Assembly: GCA_964632315.1 (NCBI GenBank)
Contig: CAZWEM010000035.1
Location: 1 to 50,410 of the forward strand
Origin: an uncultured archaeon
GTDB lineage: Archaea; Asgardarchaeota; Lokiarchaeia; Sigyniarchaeales; SOKP01
Direction of reading: 5' to 3'
Length of the DNA stretch: 50,410 bases
The notes beneath the pieces were generated by a model, which was not told where the DNA came from, made no database searches, and saw only the letters and a list, made by a program, of their open reading frames with translations. Below are positions 35,865 to 46,461 of the stretch, piece after piece. Every line of letters starts with the position of its first letter. The stretch's first letter is position 1. The position numbers and the translations under genes are program-made.

Positions 35865-37066
35865 TATAAATTCTCTTTCAGAATGTTATTTAATGAGTTT
35901 AAAGGGATGTTAGTTTTAATCGAAAGAGGATCAAAATGAGTTCTTGTTGCTTCATTTTTTAATTCTTTAATTATTTTAATGATAGATTGAATTTTTGGTA
36001 TTTGCGAGAGATTTAGCTTTTTACATAATTGATGGATATTATAATAAGAAATTGGCATATTTGTTTCTTGAATAATAATTTTTAACAATTTGTCCACTTT
36101 ATTTCGATTCGCATAATTCAAATTAGAATTTTCTTCCAACATTTGTTTAATAAATAATTCCTCATGAATTTTTCCAATCCAAAGTGGTCCTGCGTATTGC
36201 TGAATTGGTTTTTTACATAATGGACAAGTTGAATTTAATATAAAATCACCAATGTTTATTACTTTTCTATAACCACATTTTTCACAATGAATGATATAAC
36301 CATAATTTGAAAAAAAATGACTTATTTTGTCTTTATTCTTAAATGTTAAAGCAAAAATTCTAAGAAAATGATTTGAATAGAATGTTAAAAGGGGGGAAAT
36401 CCCGAGATTATTTATATTCGCAATTCTAGAGATGAAATGCAATAAAATTCTGGCTCCTATTTCTTTTGAATATTCTACTCGAAGTGGTTTAGAAAGATAT
36501 TTTCTTATACATGCATCTGATCTTACTCCAAATAAAACAGCAGTATCAGTTGCGGTTATACAAATTAATCCTTTTTTTTTATTGATTACTTTAAAAACAG
36601 AATCCATATAAATATTTGGAGTACCAAATGGATCAATAGAAATAACATCAGGCTTGTCGTTATTCTGCTGATTCCTTATTTCCAAAAGCAGTAAACTTGC
36701 ATCCTTCTGAGAGAGTGATATTTTATCAATATTGATGTTGTTAAATTTAAAATTAAATTTTATTAGTTCTATGGCAACGGGATTTATATCATTTACATAA
36801 AGCCTATGAATATTCTGGCAATCCTTGAGCATCCTGATTGAACCTATTCCTGAAGCAGCCATACAATCAATTACTATTAATGGTTTTTTAGCATAGAGCA
36901 AATCATAACTTTTTAAAGCGAGATTTGAGAGATCGCGGTTTAATTCCATTGATTTATTATAAAATACATTCATTGATTTTGAGGGGATGTTTTGTGCATC
37001 TTCTTTATATATATAGAATTGAACTGAATCTTCTTTTTTTTTAATTAAGTTTCTTTTTAAGCTCAT
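35864..37066 (-). CDS. trm1: tRNA (guanine-26-N2)-dimethyltransferase
   Basis: VFYN..M.LNRD, AASGI, DPFGTP, TATD, GPLWIG, RTHF. Confidence 0.94.
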   Translation of the reverse strand: MSLKRNLIKKKEDSVQFYIYKEDAQNIPSKSMNVFYNKSMELNRDLSNLALKSYDLLYAKKPLIVIDCMAASGIGSIRMLKDCQNIHRLYVNDINPVAIELIKFNFKFNNINIDKISLSQKDASLLLLEIRNQQNNDKPDVISIDPFGTPNIYMDSVFKVINKKKGLICITATDTAVLFGVRSDACIRKYLSKPLRVEYSKEIGARILLHFISRIANINNLGISPLLTFYSNHFLRIFALTFKNKDKISHFFSNYGYIIHCEKCGYRKVINIGDFILNSTCPLCKKPIQQYAGPLWIGKIHEELFIKQMLEENSNLNYANRNKVDKLLKIIIQETNMPISYYNIHQLCKKLNLSQIPKIQSIIKIIKELKNEATRTHFDPLSIKTNIPLNSLNNILKENL

Positions 37067-37079
37067 TTTAATAAACTCA

Positions 37080-38081
37080 CTATAAACTCAAGAACAGATC
37101 TACAGCTTTTTTATTTCCCACTACACCACCACAAGTTTTAGTATGTAAATCAGCAATGTTTTGTAATTTTAAAGGTGGGAAGTCATCTATCGTTCTTATT
37201 CTATCTGGATCTTCAGAATCTCCTATTGCTAAAAATTTACCTCCTAAAGTTATAGCAATAAATGCTAAAGGCAACCATTCATAGTAGAATCTTATTTTAG
37301 GTTTAGTTAGAGAAAAATAAGAATAGATTCCTCCATAATGAAGGATAGCATGAAAATCCCCAACAAAACTCCCACTATATCTATTTATAAATTTGTTTTG
37401 GATAAGATCTTCTTGATATTTAATACATTTTGCAGACCAATTCAGAGGGTCTCCACCCATACACCTTATACCACCTCTAGAAAGGTCTGGTAATTCTTTT
37501 AATTCTTGAAAAACATAATGATAAAAGGTCATACTATATGGAGATGTATCCAATACAAATTCAGCTACTTTTCCATTAATGGCTATTATCAAGTTAGTAA
37601 AGATTCCATATAGAACATAAAAAGCACATACCATATCTCCTTGTTTATTATGGATACCGACTATTGTTCCAACCGTTCTATTTACAACAACATTTGATGA
37701 ACCATCCACAGGATCAATTGTAATTCCAAAAACACCTTCACCTAATACCGGATCCGATTCTTCGGATGCAATATAGAGATATTTTTTTCCTCTTTCTTTT
37801 ATTGCTTGTAAGATGATTCCATGGGTTAAAATATCCTCATGAATTTGTTCCTCATCATAGACATTAATACTTGGATAAGTTGGTTCAACAATGTTCATTC
37901 TATGCTCTATCTCTCGAGAAGTAATACCGCGTTCCAATAATCCTCTTATTGGAATCGTAGCTTCAGCTATTACTTCAATTAGATCTATTAAAGTTCCTTT
38001 ATTTTGAAAATAATGGGGTATATTTTCATCTAACCATTTTGAGAGTTTTTTTTTAGCCGATTTAGACATATAATTTACCAA
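37080..38081 (-). CDS. fbp: Fructose-1,6-bisphosphatase class I
   Basis: ASEE, DPVDGSSN, VGTI, RYSGSFVGDFH...GG, KIRFYYE..PLAF. Confidence 0.85.
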   Translation of the reverse strand: MVNYMSKSAKKKLSKWLDENIPHYFQNKGTLIDLIEVIAEATIPIRGLLERGITSREIEHRMNIVEPTYPSINVYDEEQIHEDILTHGIILQAIKERGKKYLYIASEESDPVLGEGVFGITIDPVDGSSNVVVNRTVGTIVGIHNKQGDMVCAFYVLYGIFTNLIIAINGKVAEFVLDTSPYSMTFYHYVFQELKELPDLSRGGIRCMGGDPLNWSAKCIKYQEDLIQNKFINRYSGSFVGDFHAILHYGGIYSYFSLTKPKIRFYYEWLPLAFIAITLGGKFLAIGDSEDPDRIRTIDDFPPLKLQNIADLHTKTCGGVVGNKKAVDLFLSL

Positions 38082-38152
38082 TTTAAATTATTTTTTTACA
38101 AATTTAAAAATGAATTATGATTGATAAAATTCTATAAACAATCAAAGAGGAT

Positions 38153-38845
38153 TTATAGTTTAAATCCATTATTAGTCAATGATAGATAATATTCCTCTTT
38201 AATTTCACCATCTTTAATCAATAAGATTTTTCTCTTATTCAATGAATCTGTTCTTTCAATATGAAATGAGCAAGATACCCAATAATCCATTACCTTGCCA
38301 CCACTTTGAATTTCATAATATTCATCCTTTTGCATTTTTTTACTTGATTCATTAATAATGATGATTTCCAAATCGAATCTTTTTTTCAAGTAATAAATAG
38401 TTGCTATAATAAAATTTAATTGATAATTAAGTTTTACATTAGAGCCCTTTTTTTCTTTATTTAAGACTAATCGGTATAAATCTGTGATCGAATCAAAAAT
38501 TATTAGTTTTGGAGGCTCTCGATTTCTTTTCAAGTCATTTAGAAAAGCAGATTCTAATCTACGAATGAATGAATACAATTCTTTAAAATTGTTCATAGGA
38601 ATAATAATTAAATTGTCCAAATGAATAGATTTTTTATATTCAATCATATCTTTAAGGTTCTCAAGGGGTAAATTTGGTTTACTGTAAATATAATATACTT
38701 GATTATATGTACTTATATTCTCTAAGGCAATTTGTATTGAAAAAATAGTTTTTCCTACTCCAAATTCCCCCCATATTGATAAAAGATCATATTTCTTTTT
38801 AACCGCATTTAATTGATCATTTAACACTTTGAGGGGAATTTTCAT
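38153..38845 (-). CDS. RadB-like recombinase paralog
   Basis: GEFGVGKT, IIFDSI..LYR, GGKVMDYW. Confidence 0.75.
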   Translation of the reverse strand: MKIPLKVLNDQLNAVKKKYDLLSIWGEFGVGKTIFSIQIALENISTYNQVYYIYSKPNLPLENLKDMIEYKKSIHLDNLIIIPMNNFKELYSFIRRLESAFLNDLKRNREPPKLIIFDSITDLYRLVLNKEKKGSNVKLNYQLNFIIATIYYLKKRFDLEIIIINESSKKMQKDEYYEIQSGGKVMDYWVSCSFHIERTDSLNKRKILLIKDGEIKEEYYLSLTNNGFKL

Positions 38846-38869
38846 AATTAGAACTTTTTAATTTCATAC

Positions 38870-39727
38870 TTGATTTATATAATTAATTTGAGAAATAAAC
38901 CTATATATATATTAACTGAAGATCTAAATTTTTTTTATAGAATTAATAAAGCTCTAAATAACAAAAAACTCAATTTTAAGATATTAGGCATTCAGGATAA
39001 GATCCCTAATATACCTTCTATTATCCTCACAACCTTCGAAGAATTAAATCTTATTAAACCTAGAAATGATTTCGTTGACATTATCCCATATTTATCCGAA
39101 GAGAACCTTGAAAAATATATATTTAAAATATTAGCTGCTTATCGTTTAGGATATCGCGATTATGAAACATTAACCTTCTCAATTGATCCCGGATTAAATC
39201 ATATAGGTATAGTTGTATTTCTAGATTATTTTTACCTAAATTCCCAAACGATCTTAGAACGAAAAAATTTAATCAAACAAATAAAAAAATATGAAGAGTC
39301 AATACAAGAAGATAATTCAAAAGAATTAAAATTAATTTTCAAATTTGGAAAAAGCTTACATGAAATTATTCGAAACTTTATTAATGAGATACTTAATCTA
39401 TATGAAGAAAAGAGAGTTAGGATCTATTTAATTGATGAGTCTCATTCATCAAAGATTCGCGTGTCTCATAAAGGAAGAAAATTTCCTAAGCATGAAAGTT
39501 CGGCTTTAATTTTAGCATTTAGAAGAGGTTTAGAAGTAAATTCAGATAATTATGAAACAATGCTATCCAAACATATAAAACAGATCAAGGATTCATCTTC
39601 TAAACAATTTAAGGATGGTTCAATAAAACTATCAGAAATTGCCGAAAAAGTGATTAATGGTGAGATTTCTCTTAAAGAGTCATTTTATTTAATGAATAAT
39701 GACGTTGAATTAAAACAAGGTTTTTAA
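38870..39727 (+). CDS. Hypothetical protein with RNase H-like (YqgF/Tex-like) domain
   Basis: SIDPG...GIVV, IDESHSS, HESSALILA. Confidence 0.65.
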   Translation: MIYIINLRNKPIYILTEDLNFFYRINKALNNKKLNFKILGIQDKIPNIPSIILTTFEELNLIKPRNDFVDIIPYLSEENLEKYIFKILAAYRLGYRDYETLTFSIDPGLNHIGIVVFLDYFYLNSQTILERKNLIKQIKKYEESIQEDNSKELKLIFKFGKSLHEIIRNFINEILNLYEEKRVRIYLIDESHSSKIRVSHKGRKFPKHESSALILAFRRGLEVNSDNYETMLSKHIKQIKDSSSKQFKDGSIKLSEIAEKVINGEISLKESFYLMNNDVELKQGF

Positions 39728-39828
39728 ATACTGTGGTTAATTTGGCAAGGAAAATGATTTAAATTAAACATAAAAGTTAATTTTTGCGTAATGTTTTTTT
39801 TAACTAAACTATTATTCAATTTTTTATC

Positions 39829-40905
39829 ATGATTAGATTTAAAAGCATCGATACTTTTCGCGGAATATGCATGACTTGGATGTATCTAGGACATTTATTA
39901 GAGTGGTGGTTAAAACCTGAATATCTTTTTATAAATACAATCGCTCATCAAACATTAGATTCTGTTGGAGCTGCTGGTTTTTTACTGGTTTCTGGAATGA
40001 GCATTGCTCTCTCAATTAGGAGAAAAAACGCTCGAAGTAATGCTAACCAAAGTCAGATTAAAAAAGCATATTTTTTAAGAGCATTTTTCTTGTTAATCAT
40101 TGCAATTTTATATAATGTACCGACAGCAATCGCATATAATAATTTTTTCGAAATTTGGATATGGTTTGTTCTTTTAACAGCTGCTTTTTCACTTATGTTA
40201 GCATGGCCATTGTTAAAAGCCCCGATATTCGTAAGAGTAATAATCGTGTTTTCATTTTTGTTTGCAAATTCTTATCTATTTATGTATCTCTCCCATTTTA
40301 GTGGAGAGTTTTCCATTAATGGCGTGATTTATTATATACTTTATAATCAGCCTCAACTAGACCCTTTAATGACTTTTTTTCCATTCTTTCTTTTTGGAAC
40401 TGTATTGGGTGAAATGATCTTCCGATTAGATCAAAAAAAAGATACTTCGGATTATAAAGTAAAACTTAAGAAAAATTTTATAATTCCCTTAATCTTGATT
40501 GGTATAGTATTGATTATATTTGGTGTTATTTACAATTATCCACAATTTTTTACAATTAGGGGAAGTCTTGCTTGGAATCTTTATTCTTTAGGAATCGAAA
40601 CGATTTTGTTAATGATATTTTTCTCAATTGAGTTCCTTTTTAAATACAAATCTAAAAAAAGCCATCGATTCCTATTTTACTTTTCATATTATTCATTTAC
40701 TGTATATTTAGTTCATCAGCTTTTATACTTCTTATTTCTTGGACAATTAGATTATATTACCATCTGGTTCGCCATACTTATCACTTTTATTTTATCGGGA
40801 CTAATTTTAAGAACTGTTTATAGGCATATAGGCCCATATGCTTCAATTAAAGCCTTAATAAGTAAATTTAGTACTTATATCGCAAAAAGAAAATATGTTG
40901 AGTAA
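39829..40905 (+). CDS. HGSNAT/DUF1624-like membrane acyltransferase
   Basis: RFKSIDTFRG, H, F..VSGMS; multi-TM. Confidence 0.8.
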   Translation: MIRFKSIDTFRGICMTWMYLGHLLEWWLKPEYLFINTIAHQTLDSVGAAGFLLVSGMSIALSIRRKNARSNANQSQIKKAYFLRAFFLLIIAILYNVPTAIAYNNFFEIWIWFVLLTAAFSLMLAWPLLKAPIFVRVIIVFSFLFANSYLFMYLSHFSGEFSINGVIYYILYNQPQLDPLMTFFPFFLFGTVLGEMIFRLDQKKDTSDYKVKLKKNFIIPLILIGIVLIIFGVIYNYPQFFTIRGSLAWNLYSLGIETILLMIFFSIEFLFKYKSKKSHRFLFYFSYYSFTVYLVHQLLYFLFLGQLDYITIWFAILITFILSGLILRTVYRHIGPYASIKALISKFSTYIAKRKYVE

Positions 40906-40916
40906 TGAAATAAGTC

Positions 40917-41714
40917 TTGAAAAAAAGATTAGATGTTATTTTAACAGAAAGAGAGTTGGTTGAGAGCAGAACTAAAGCTCAGTGGTTAATTAAAAATGGT
41001 TTTGTTTATGTAAATGGAGACTGTATTATTAAACCTAGTAAAAGAGTTGACAATAGCACGAAAGTCTTGCTAACGCAAGAATTTCCTTATGTGGGAAGAG
41101 GAGGAATCAAGTTAGAAGCTGCAATCGAGGAATTTTCTATTAATGTAAATGAAAAAACTTGTTTAGATCTTGGTGCTTCTATTGGGGGATTTACTGATTG
41201 TTTGTTGCAGAAAGGGGCAAAAAAAGTCTATGCTGTTGATTCTGCTAAAAATCTACTTCACCCTTCTTTAGTTTGTAAAAAGGGTAAGGTGATAGTTTTA
41301 GATGAGACTGACGCAAGAAAAAGATTCAAGCTAGATGAACTCATGGATATTATCGTAATCGACATTACATTTGCTTCCTTAAAGGAGCTAATACCAAACT
41401 CTAAATTATACTTAAAAAATGATGGTGATATTATAGTACTCGTAAAACCGTTGTTTGAAAAAAAAATAGAAAAGGGTGAAAAATTGATAATTATTAAAGA
41501 TAAAGAGGATCTTAAAATTATATTAAGAAATTTGACTAATTGGGCTTTATTAAATGAGATTTACCCCATTAATATAATAAAATCTCCCATATTGGGAAAA
41601 GGGGGATCAATAGAATTTTTTATTCACTTTAAGTTAAACAAGAAAGATATAACAGAAAAATTTGCCGGTAATTTACCATTATTAATTAATTCACTGTTTC
41701 AGGATAATCAATAA
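40917..41714 (+). CDS. tlyA: TlyA family rRNA 2'-O-methyltransferase
   Basis: S4 domain RLD...SRTKA; YVGRGGIKL, DLGASIGGFTD, LVKP.FE, SPILG. Confidence 0.9.
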   Translation: MKKRLDVILTERELVESRTKAQWLIKNGFVYVNGDCIIKPSKRVDNSTKVLLTQEFPYVGRGGIKLEAAIEEFSINVNEKTCLDLGASIGGFTDCLLQKGAKKVYAVDSAKNLLHPSLVCKKGKVIVLDETDARKRFKLDELMDIIVIDITFASLKELIPNSKLYLKNDGDIIVLVKPLFEKKIEKGEKLIIIKDKEDLKIILRNLTNWALLNEIYPINIIKSPILGKGGSIEFFIHFKLNKKDITEKFAGNLPLLINSLFQDNQ

Positions 41715-42864
41715 ATTTTTGGCCCCATTCAGATTTATTAAAATCATTTATCCTTTTCTTTCCTATGGTTGGATACCAGAACATATCATGATACACAAGA
41801 GAGGCTAAAATTGGTAGTTTCATAAATAACCTATTTCTCATTAAAGGATTTAAGAATTTAAGGCTTCCTTTCCTCACCATTTGGTCACCCCAAATGACTA
41901 AACTACGTTTTACTTTAAAGTTCCAGTTGATATTTGAGACATCATCCCCGATGATTTCAATCTGGTCGAAATCTCCGCATCCTAATCCTTCATCATGAGC
42001 AAGTTTTATCGCGGGTAATTTCAATGGATTAAATCCTAACATTTTTGCTACTACTGTATCTACTGCTACTTGATCATAACCAGCAAGAATATAATTCTTA
42101 ATCTTGGGGATCATAGTCCGAGGTCCTGCTCCATCACCACACACAGTACCATCAACTACAGCCATTATATCAGGATGTAATTGTTTTTGAATAATCAGAA
42201 GGTCCACTAAAACTTCTGACATAAATTGGTGGCTATAATGGCGCCGTTTAGTAAGAAGCCCCCCAAATGCATTTTTCATTGCACATGTTATACCTCCATG
42301 TTTCATTTCATCTGAAGTCTGCATTAAGTCTCCACCTATTGCACCAGTATGGCCATGAGTCTTCATGGTGGGTAAGTGAATAATAGATTTTCCGAGATAA
42401 AATTGAGGAATTCGAAAACCATTAGGAAAGATCTTAGAGTCTAAAACATGTAGTTGTTTATTCTTCATGTTTATAAATTTTGAACGTAAGCTTTCATAAG
42501 GAACAAATTTAATTCTTGTTAATGGAACAAACCATACACCATACTTCTTAATTAATGGTTCCCATTTATTTCCTTTTAGACCTTTTTCGATATTAGTGAC
42601 TACAGTTCTATTTTCAGCCGTAAATAATTTTTTAGGACTATATCCATCTTCAACCATCGTTTTTAATACTCCCTCAACTTGCCAAGGAGGACTCGAACAA
42701 GAAGGGAAAAATTTAGACCAACTAAGGTTTAATTTAATGACCACATCATCATCAAGGCTGATTTTATCCTGATAATTTGCTAAATGCATCAAATTAGTAT
42801 AATCTTCGAGTATCGTTTGAGGCGAAGTTTTAACTACAAAAATTTTAGATTGTTCAGTATGCAT
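41686..42864 (-). CDS. DUF362 domain protein
   Basis: KLNLSW, PTMKTH, MKNAFGG, DG..CGDGAGP, DQVAVD. Confidence 0.88.
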   Translation of the reverse strand: MHTEQSKIFVVKTSPQTILEDYTNLMHLANYQDKISLDDDVVIKLNLSWSKFFPSCSSPPWQVEGVLKTMVEDGYSPKKLFTAENRTVVTNIEKGLKGNKWEPLIKKYGVWFVPLTRIKFVPYESLRSKFINMKNKQLHVLDSKIFPNGFRIPQFYLGKSIIHLPTMKTHGHTGAIGGDLMQTSDEMKHGGITCAMKNAFGGLLTKRRHYSHQFMSEVLVDLLIIQKQLHPDIMAVVDGTVCGDGAGPRTMIPKIKNYILAGYDQVAVDTVVAKMLGFNPLKLPAIKLAHDEGLGCGDFDQIEIIGDDVSNINWNFKVKRSLVIWGDQMVRKGSLKFLNPLMRNRLFMKLPILASLVYHDMFWYPTIGKKRINDFNKSEWGQKFIDYPETVN

Positions 42865-42966
42865 TAAAAAGGTAAAAGAATCTTAATTTAATTTGTTTTT
42901 GATTTAAATCTGAATCGAAAAGATTGATATTTGAAAGAATAAAATGAATAAAAAATTAATAAATTT

Positions 42967-44082
42967 TTAATCAGATATATATTCCATTCCTTTATAGGAT
43001 TTCTCAGGTTTAAGTAATGGACGGCAGTACATATAATGGTCTCCATCGAGATCTACCCGAATAGGAGTTTCTATTCCACATTTTTGATGTTTATCTTTTT
43101 CATAACATCTGGGATGAAAGGCACATCCAGAGGGGGGGTTTATTGGACTTGGGACATCTCCTTCTAATATAATTCGATTTCGCTTTGATGAGGGATCGAA
43201 TGTTGGTCTTGCTGAAAGTAATGCTCGAGAATAAGGATGTGTGGGATTTTTAAAAACTTCTTCGACACTTCCCCCTTCCACAAATTTACCTAGATACATT
43301 ACCTCTATATTATCTGCGATATGCTGAACAACGGTTAAATCGTGCGTAATAAATAAGAATGATAGGTCAAATTGGTCTTGAAGATCATTGAGAAGATTTA
43401 GTATCTGAGCTTGTACTGACACATCTAATGCAGAAGTCGGTTCATCCAAGATAATCACTTCTGGATTACATGCTAACGCTCTAGCAATAACTATTCGCTG
43501 TTTCTGACCACCAGAAAACTCATGAGGATACCTGTCTAAATGCTCTGCTTTCATCGAAACTGTTTCTAATAATTCCAACACGTGTCTTCTGATTTCACTT
43601 CCCTTCTTAATACCCATCAATAGTCTTAACGGCTCTCCGATTATATTCACTATTTTCCATCTTGGATTTAGTGAAGAATCTGGATCTTGAAATACCATTT
43701 GTATTTTCTTTCTTAATTCGGTATTAAACTCCTGGAAATTGGTTTTTTCACGTCGTTCCAATGATTTAACTTTTTTTTCCATTTCTTTAGTCTGAATTAT
43801 TAATTTCCCCTTATAATAAATTTCTCCAGAAGTGGGAGGAACTAAATTTAAAATAGTATTTCCAATAGTGGTTTTACCGCATCCACTTTCACCTACTAAA
43901 CCAAGAGTTTCCTTTTTAAGTAGATCGAAAGAGACTCCATCAACAGCCTTAACATCCCCAATTCTTCTTTTAAATAATCCTCCATAGATAGGATAATAAG
44001 TTCGAAGATTTCTAACTGAAATTATAGAATCCTCTGGAATATCCGGTTGGGAGTAACTTAAATTTTCATCTGCTTCTGTCAT
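42967..44082 (-). CDS. oppF: Oligopeptide/dipeptide ABC ATPase OppF/DppF
   Basis: GESGCGKT, YPHEFSGGQ, DEPTSALD, GCAFHPRC. Confidence 0.93.
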   Translation of the reverse strand: MTEADENLSYSQPDIPEDSIISVRNLRTYYPIYGGLFKRRIGDVKAVDGVSFDLLKKETLGLVGESGCGKTTIGNTILNLVPPTSGEIYYKGKLIIQTKEMEKKVKSLERREKTNFQEFNTELRKKIQMVFQDPDSSLNPRWKIVNIIGEPLRLLMGIKKGSEIRRHVLELLETVSMKAEHLDRYPHEFSGGQKQRIVIARALACNPEVIILDEPTSALDVSVQAQILNLLNDLQDQFDLSFLFITHDLTVVQHIADNIEVMYLGKFVEGGSVEEVFKNPTHPYSRALLSARPTFDPSSKRNRIILEGDVPSPINPPSGCAFHPRCYEKDKHQKCGIETPIRVDLDGDHYMYCRPLLKPEKSYKGMEYISD

Positions 44083-44104
44083 TTTACATCACTTTATTTG
44101 CATT

Positions 44105-45349
44105 TTAAACTTGATAAGATGTTGCTTTTTCATCTGCTTCCCATTCATATTTGGGAGAATCTTTATATTTTGGATCAAATAGATGGCACGCAACATAATA
44201 ATTTTCTCTTATTTCATTTAATTTCGGTTTAATCTTGTCGCAAATTTCCATTCTAAAGTCACAGCGTGGATGAAAGCGACAGCCTGATGGCGGATAAATT
44301 AAATTCGGAACCATACCTCTTATTGTTTTAAGTTTCTCATTCTTCATCTCTTTGCTTGGTATTGCTCCTAACAATCCTTTTGTATATGGATGGCTGGGGT
44401 TCTTAAATAAATCTTCTGCTGTAGCATATTCAACGATGTTTCCACTATACATTACAGCTACTCTATCGCATAATTCAGCAATTACGCCTAAATCGTGTGT
44501 TATTAATAGTATTGAGGTTTTTAACTTTTCTTTAAGATTCTTCATAAGATCTAAAATTTGCGCTTGAATAGTAACATCTAAAGCTGTTGTTGGCTCATCT
44601 GCAATTAATAATGCAGGATTGCATGATAATGCCATTGCAATCATAATTCTTTGTCTCATTCCCCCACTTAATTCATGAGGAAAGCGATCAAGTATATTTC
44701 TCGAATCTGCAATACCAACTTCTTTAATTATTTGTGCAGCATAATCTCTTACTACATCGCTCAATACTGGGACTGTTTTTGTCTCTAGCGTAAGATTTTC
44801 TATTTGTCGCTCAAGATCCTCTCTTTCAGATTCATCCAATTGTTCTTCATTAAGGCGATTTTTCAATTCTTTTTTTTCATTTAGTTTCTCTTTTCGTTCA
44901 AGTAATCTACGATCTAATTCTGATTTAATCTCAGCTTTTTGATGCAGTAAAAAAGGTTCCCCTACTTGAGTCCCAATTTTCATAACTGGATTAAGAGAAT
45001 TGAGAGGATCTTGAAAAATCATCGTTATTTCTTTTCCTCGATATTCTCTCATTTGATTTTTATTCAAGTGAACTAAATCTGTTCCTTTAAATAAGATTTC
45101 ACCATCAATAATTTTTCCAGGAGCTCTAACTAAATTCAATATAGATAACGCAGTTACTGATTTCCCGCATCCAGTTTCCCCTACCAAGCCAATTACTTCA
45201 TCCTCATAGATATCAAAGTTAATACCATCGACTGCTTTAACTATTCCTTCTTCTGTATAAAAGTATGTCTTTAAATTTTTAATTTGTATTAACTTGTTTC
45301 TACTTGTATTGGCAGTTTCAAAGTCTGTTGATTTTTCACTTTCTGTCAT
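44105..45349 (-). CDS. oppD: Oligopeptide/dipeptide ABC ATPase OppD/DppD with coiled-coil insertion
   Basis: GETGCGKS, PHELSGGM, DEPTTALD, GCRFHPRC. Confidence 0.93.
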   Translation of the reverse strand: MTESEKSTDFETANTSRNKLIQIKNLKTYFYTEEGIVKAVDGINFDIYEDEVIGLVGETGCGKSVTALSILNLVRAPGKIIDGEILFKGTDLVHLNKNQMREYRGKEITMIFQDPLNSLNPVMKIGTQVGEPFLLHQKAEIKSELDRRLLERKEKLNEKKELKNRLNEEQLDESEREDLERQIENLTLETKTVPVLSDVVRDYAAQIIKEVGIADSRNILDRFPHELSGGMRQRIMIAMALSCNPALLIADEPTTALDVTIQAQILDLMKNLKEKLKTSILLITHDLGVIAELCDRVAVMYSGNIVEYATAEDLFKNPSHPYTKGLLGAIPSKEMKNEKLKTIRGMVPNLIYPPSGCRFHPRCDFRMEICDKIKPKLNEIRENYYVACHLFDPKYKDSPKYEWEADEKATSYQV

Positions 45350-45407
45350 TTAATATATCTCCATTTTATAAGTATGTGTAATTTAAAAAAATATAATTAA
45401 TGATCCT

Positions 45408-46439
45408 CTATAAGTTTTTTAATCGAGGATCTAATGCATCTCGCAATCCATCACCGAGTAACATAAACCCTAAAACAGCAATTAAAATGAATAATCCTGG
45501 CCAGAGGGAAGCCCAAGGGGCAATATCGAAATACAATCGACCTTGACTTATTTCATTTCCCCAATCGATCATTCTGTAATCACTAAATCCTAAGAATGCC
45601 AGTCCAGATAATCCTAATATTACTCCTCCAATGTCAAATGTTACTGAAATAATTATAGGTTGGATGACGTTTGGTAAAATATGCCTGAACATTATCCTTG
45701 CATTACTTGCACCAGAAACTCTCGCTGCTTGCACGTAAGGTAATTCTCTTGCTTGAAGAACATTACCCCTAATAAGACGAGAATAGTATGGTATACCTAA
45801 CAAGCCCCACGCAAGCATAATATACTCGATTCTAGGTCCAGTACCGAAAGCTTGTCCAAAAACGACGACAAAAACCAATGCAAGAATCAAAGCTGGAAAT
45901 GCCATAAAAACATCAATAATTCTCATTATTACTGCATCTACCCATCCTCCATAATATGCTGCAATAACTCCAATCATTACCCCAAACACAACACTCATTG
46001 CTATTGCGGGGAGTGCTACTGTTAACGAAGTTCTTGCACCGAAGATTACCCTCGCAAGAACATCTCGGCCAAATTTAGTCAATCCAAATGGATGTGCTTC
46101 AGTAGGAGGGCCCCACGCATTGGTATATACTCCAAGTGCTTGTTGGAGAGTATAGGGTGAAATCCAATGAGGAAAAACCGCTAAAGTGGCAACAAAAAAC
46201 ACTAAAAGAATTCCCAATATTGTTAACACGGATTTAAATCGTCTAATAAATTTCCTCTTGCTTCGATTCATTTCATATTCAAATTCTCTAAGGGTTAATT
46301 GTTCCAATCTCGAAGCTGGAATGAAAAGGAATTTAAGATTTTTACCGATCCATTTAAAAACTCTTTTTGTGATTTCTTGTACGCTATTTTCTCGTTCTTC
46401 TTCTTCAAGTATGGTCTCATACATTACTTCTTTTTGCAT
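45408..46439 (-). CDS. oppC: Oligopeptide/dipeptide ABC permease OppC/DppC
   Basis: HPFG..KFGRD, YVQAARVSGA, RHILPN, GDGLRDALDPR. Confidence 0.93.
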   Translation of the reverse strand: MQKEVMYETILEEEERENSVQEITKRVFKWIGKNLKFLFIPASRLEQLTLREFEYEMNRSKRKFIRRFKSVLTILGILLVFFVATLAVFPHWISPYTLQQALGVYTNAWGPPTEAHPFGLTKFGRDVLARVIFGARTSLTVALPAIAMSVVFGVMIGVIAAYYGGWVDAVIMRIIDVFMAFPALILALVFVVVFGQAFGTGPRIEYIMLAWGLLGIPYYSRLIRGNVLQARELPYVQAARVSGASNARIMFRHILPNVIQPIIISVTFDIGGVILGLSGLAFLGFSDYRMIDWGNEISQGRLYFDIAPWASLWPGLFILIAVLGFMLLGDGLRDALDPRLKNL

Positions 46440-46461
46440 AATTTTATTCCTCTCTTATTAA

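Noticed and set aside
42290-42345. In-frame insertion in the DUF362 gene as a hidden intron
   Set aside because: Open reading frame and no hairpin or BHB pairing found; likely a protein loop insertion.
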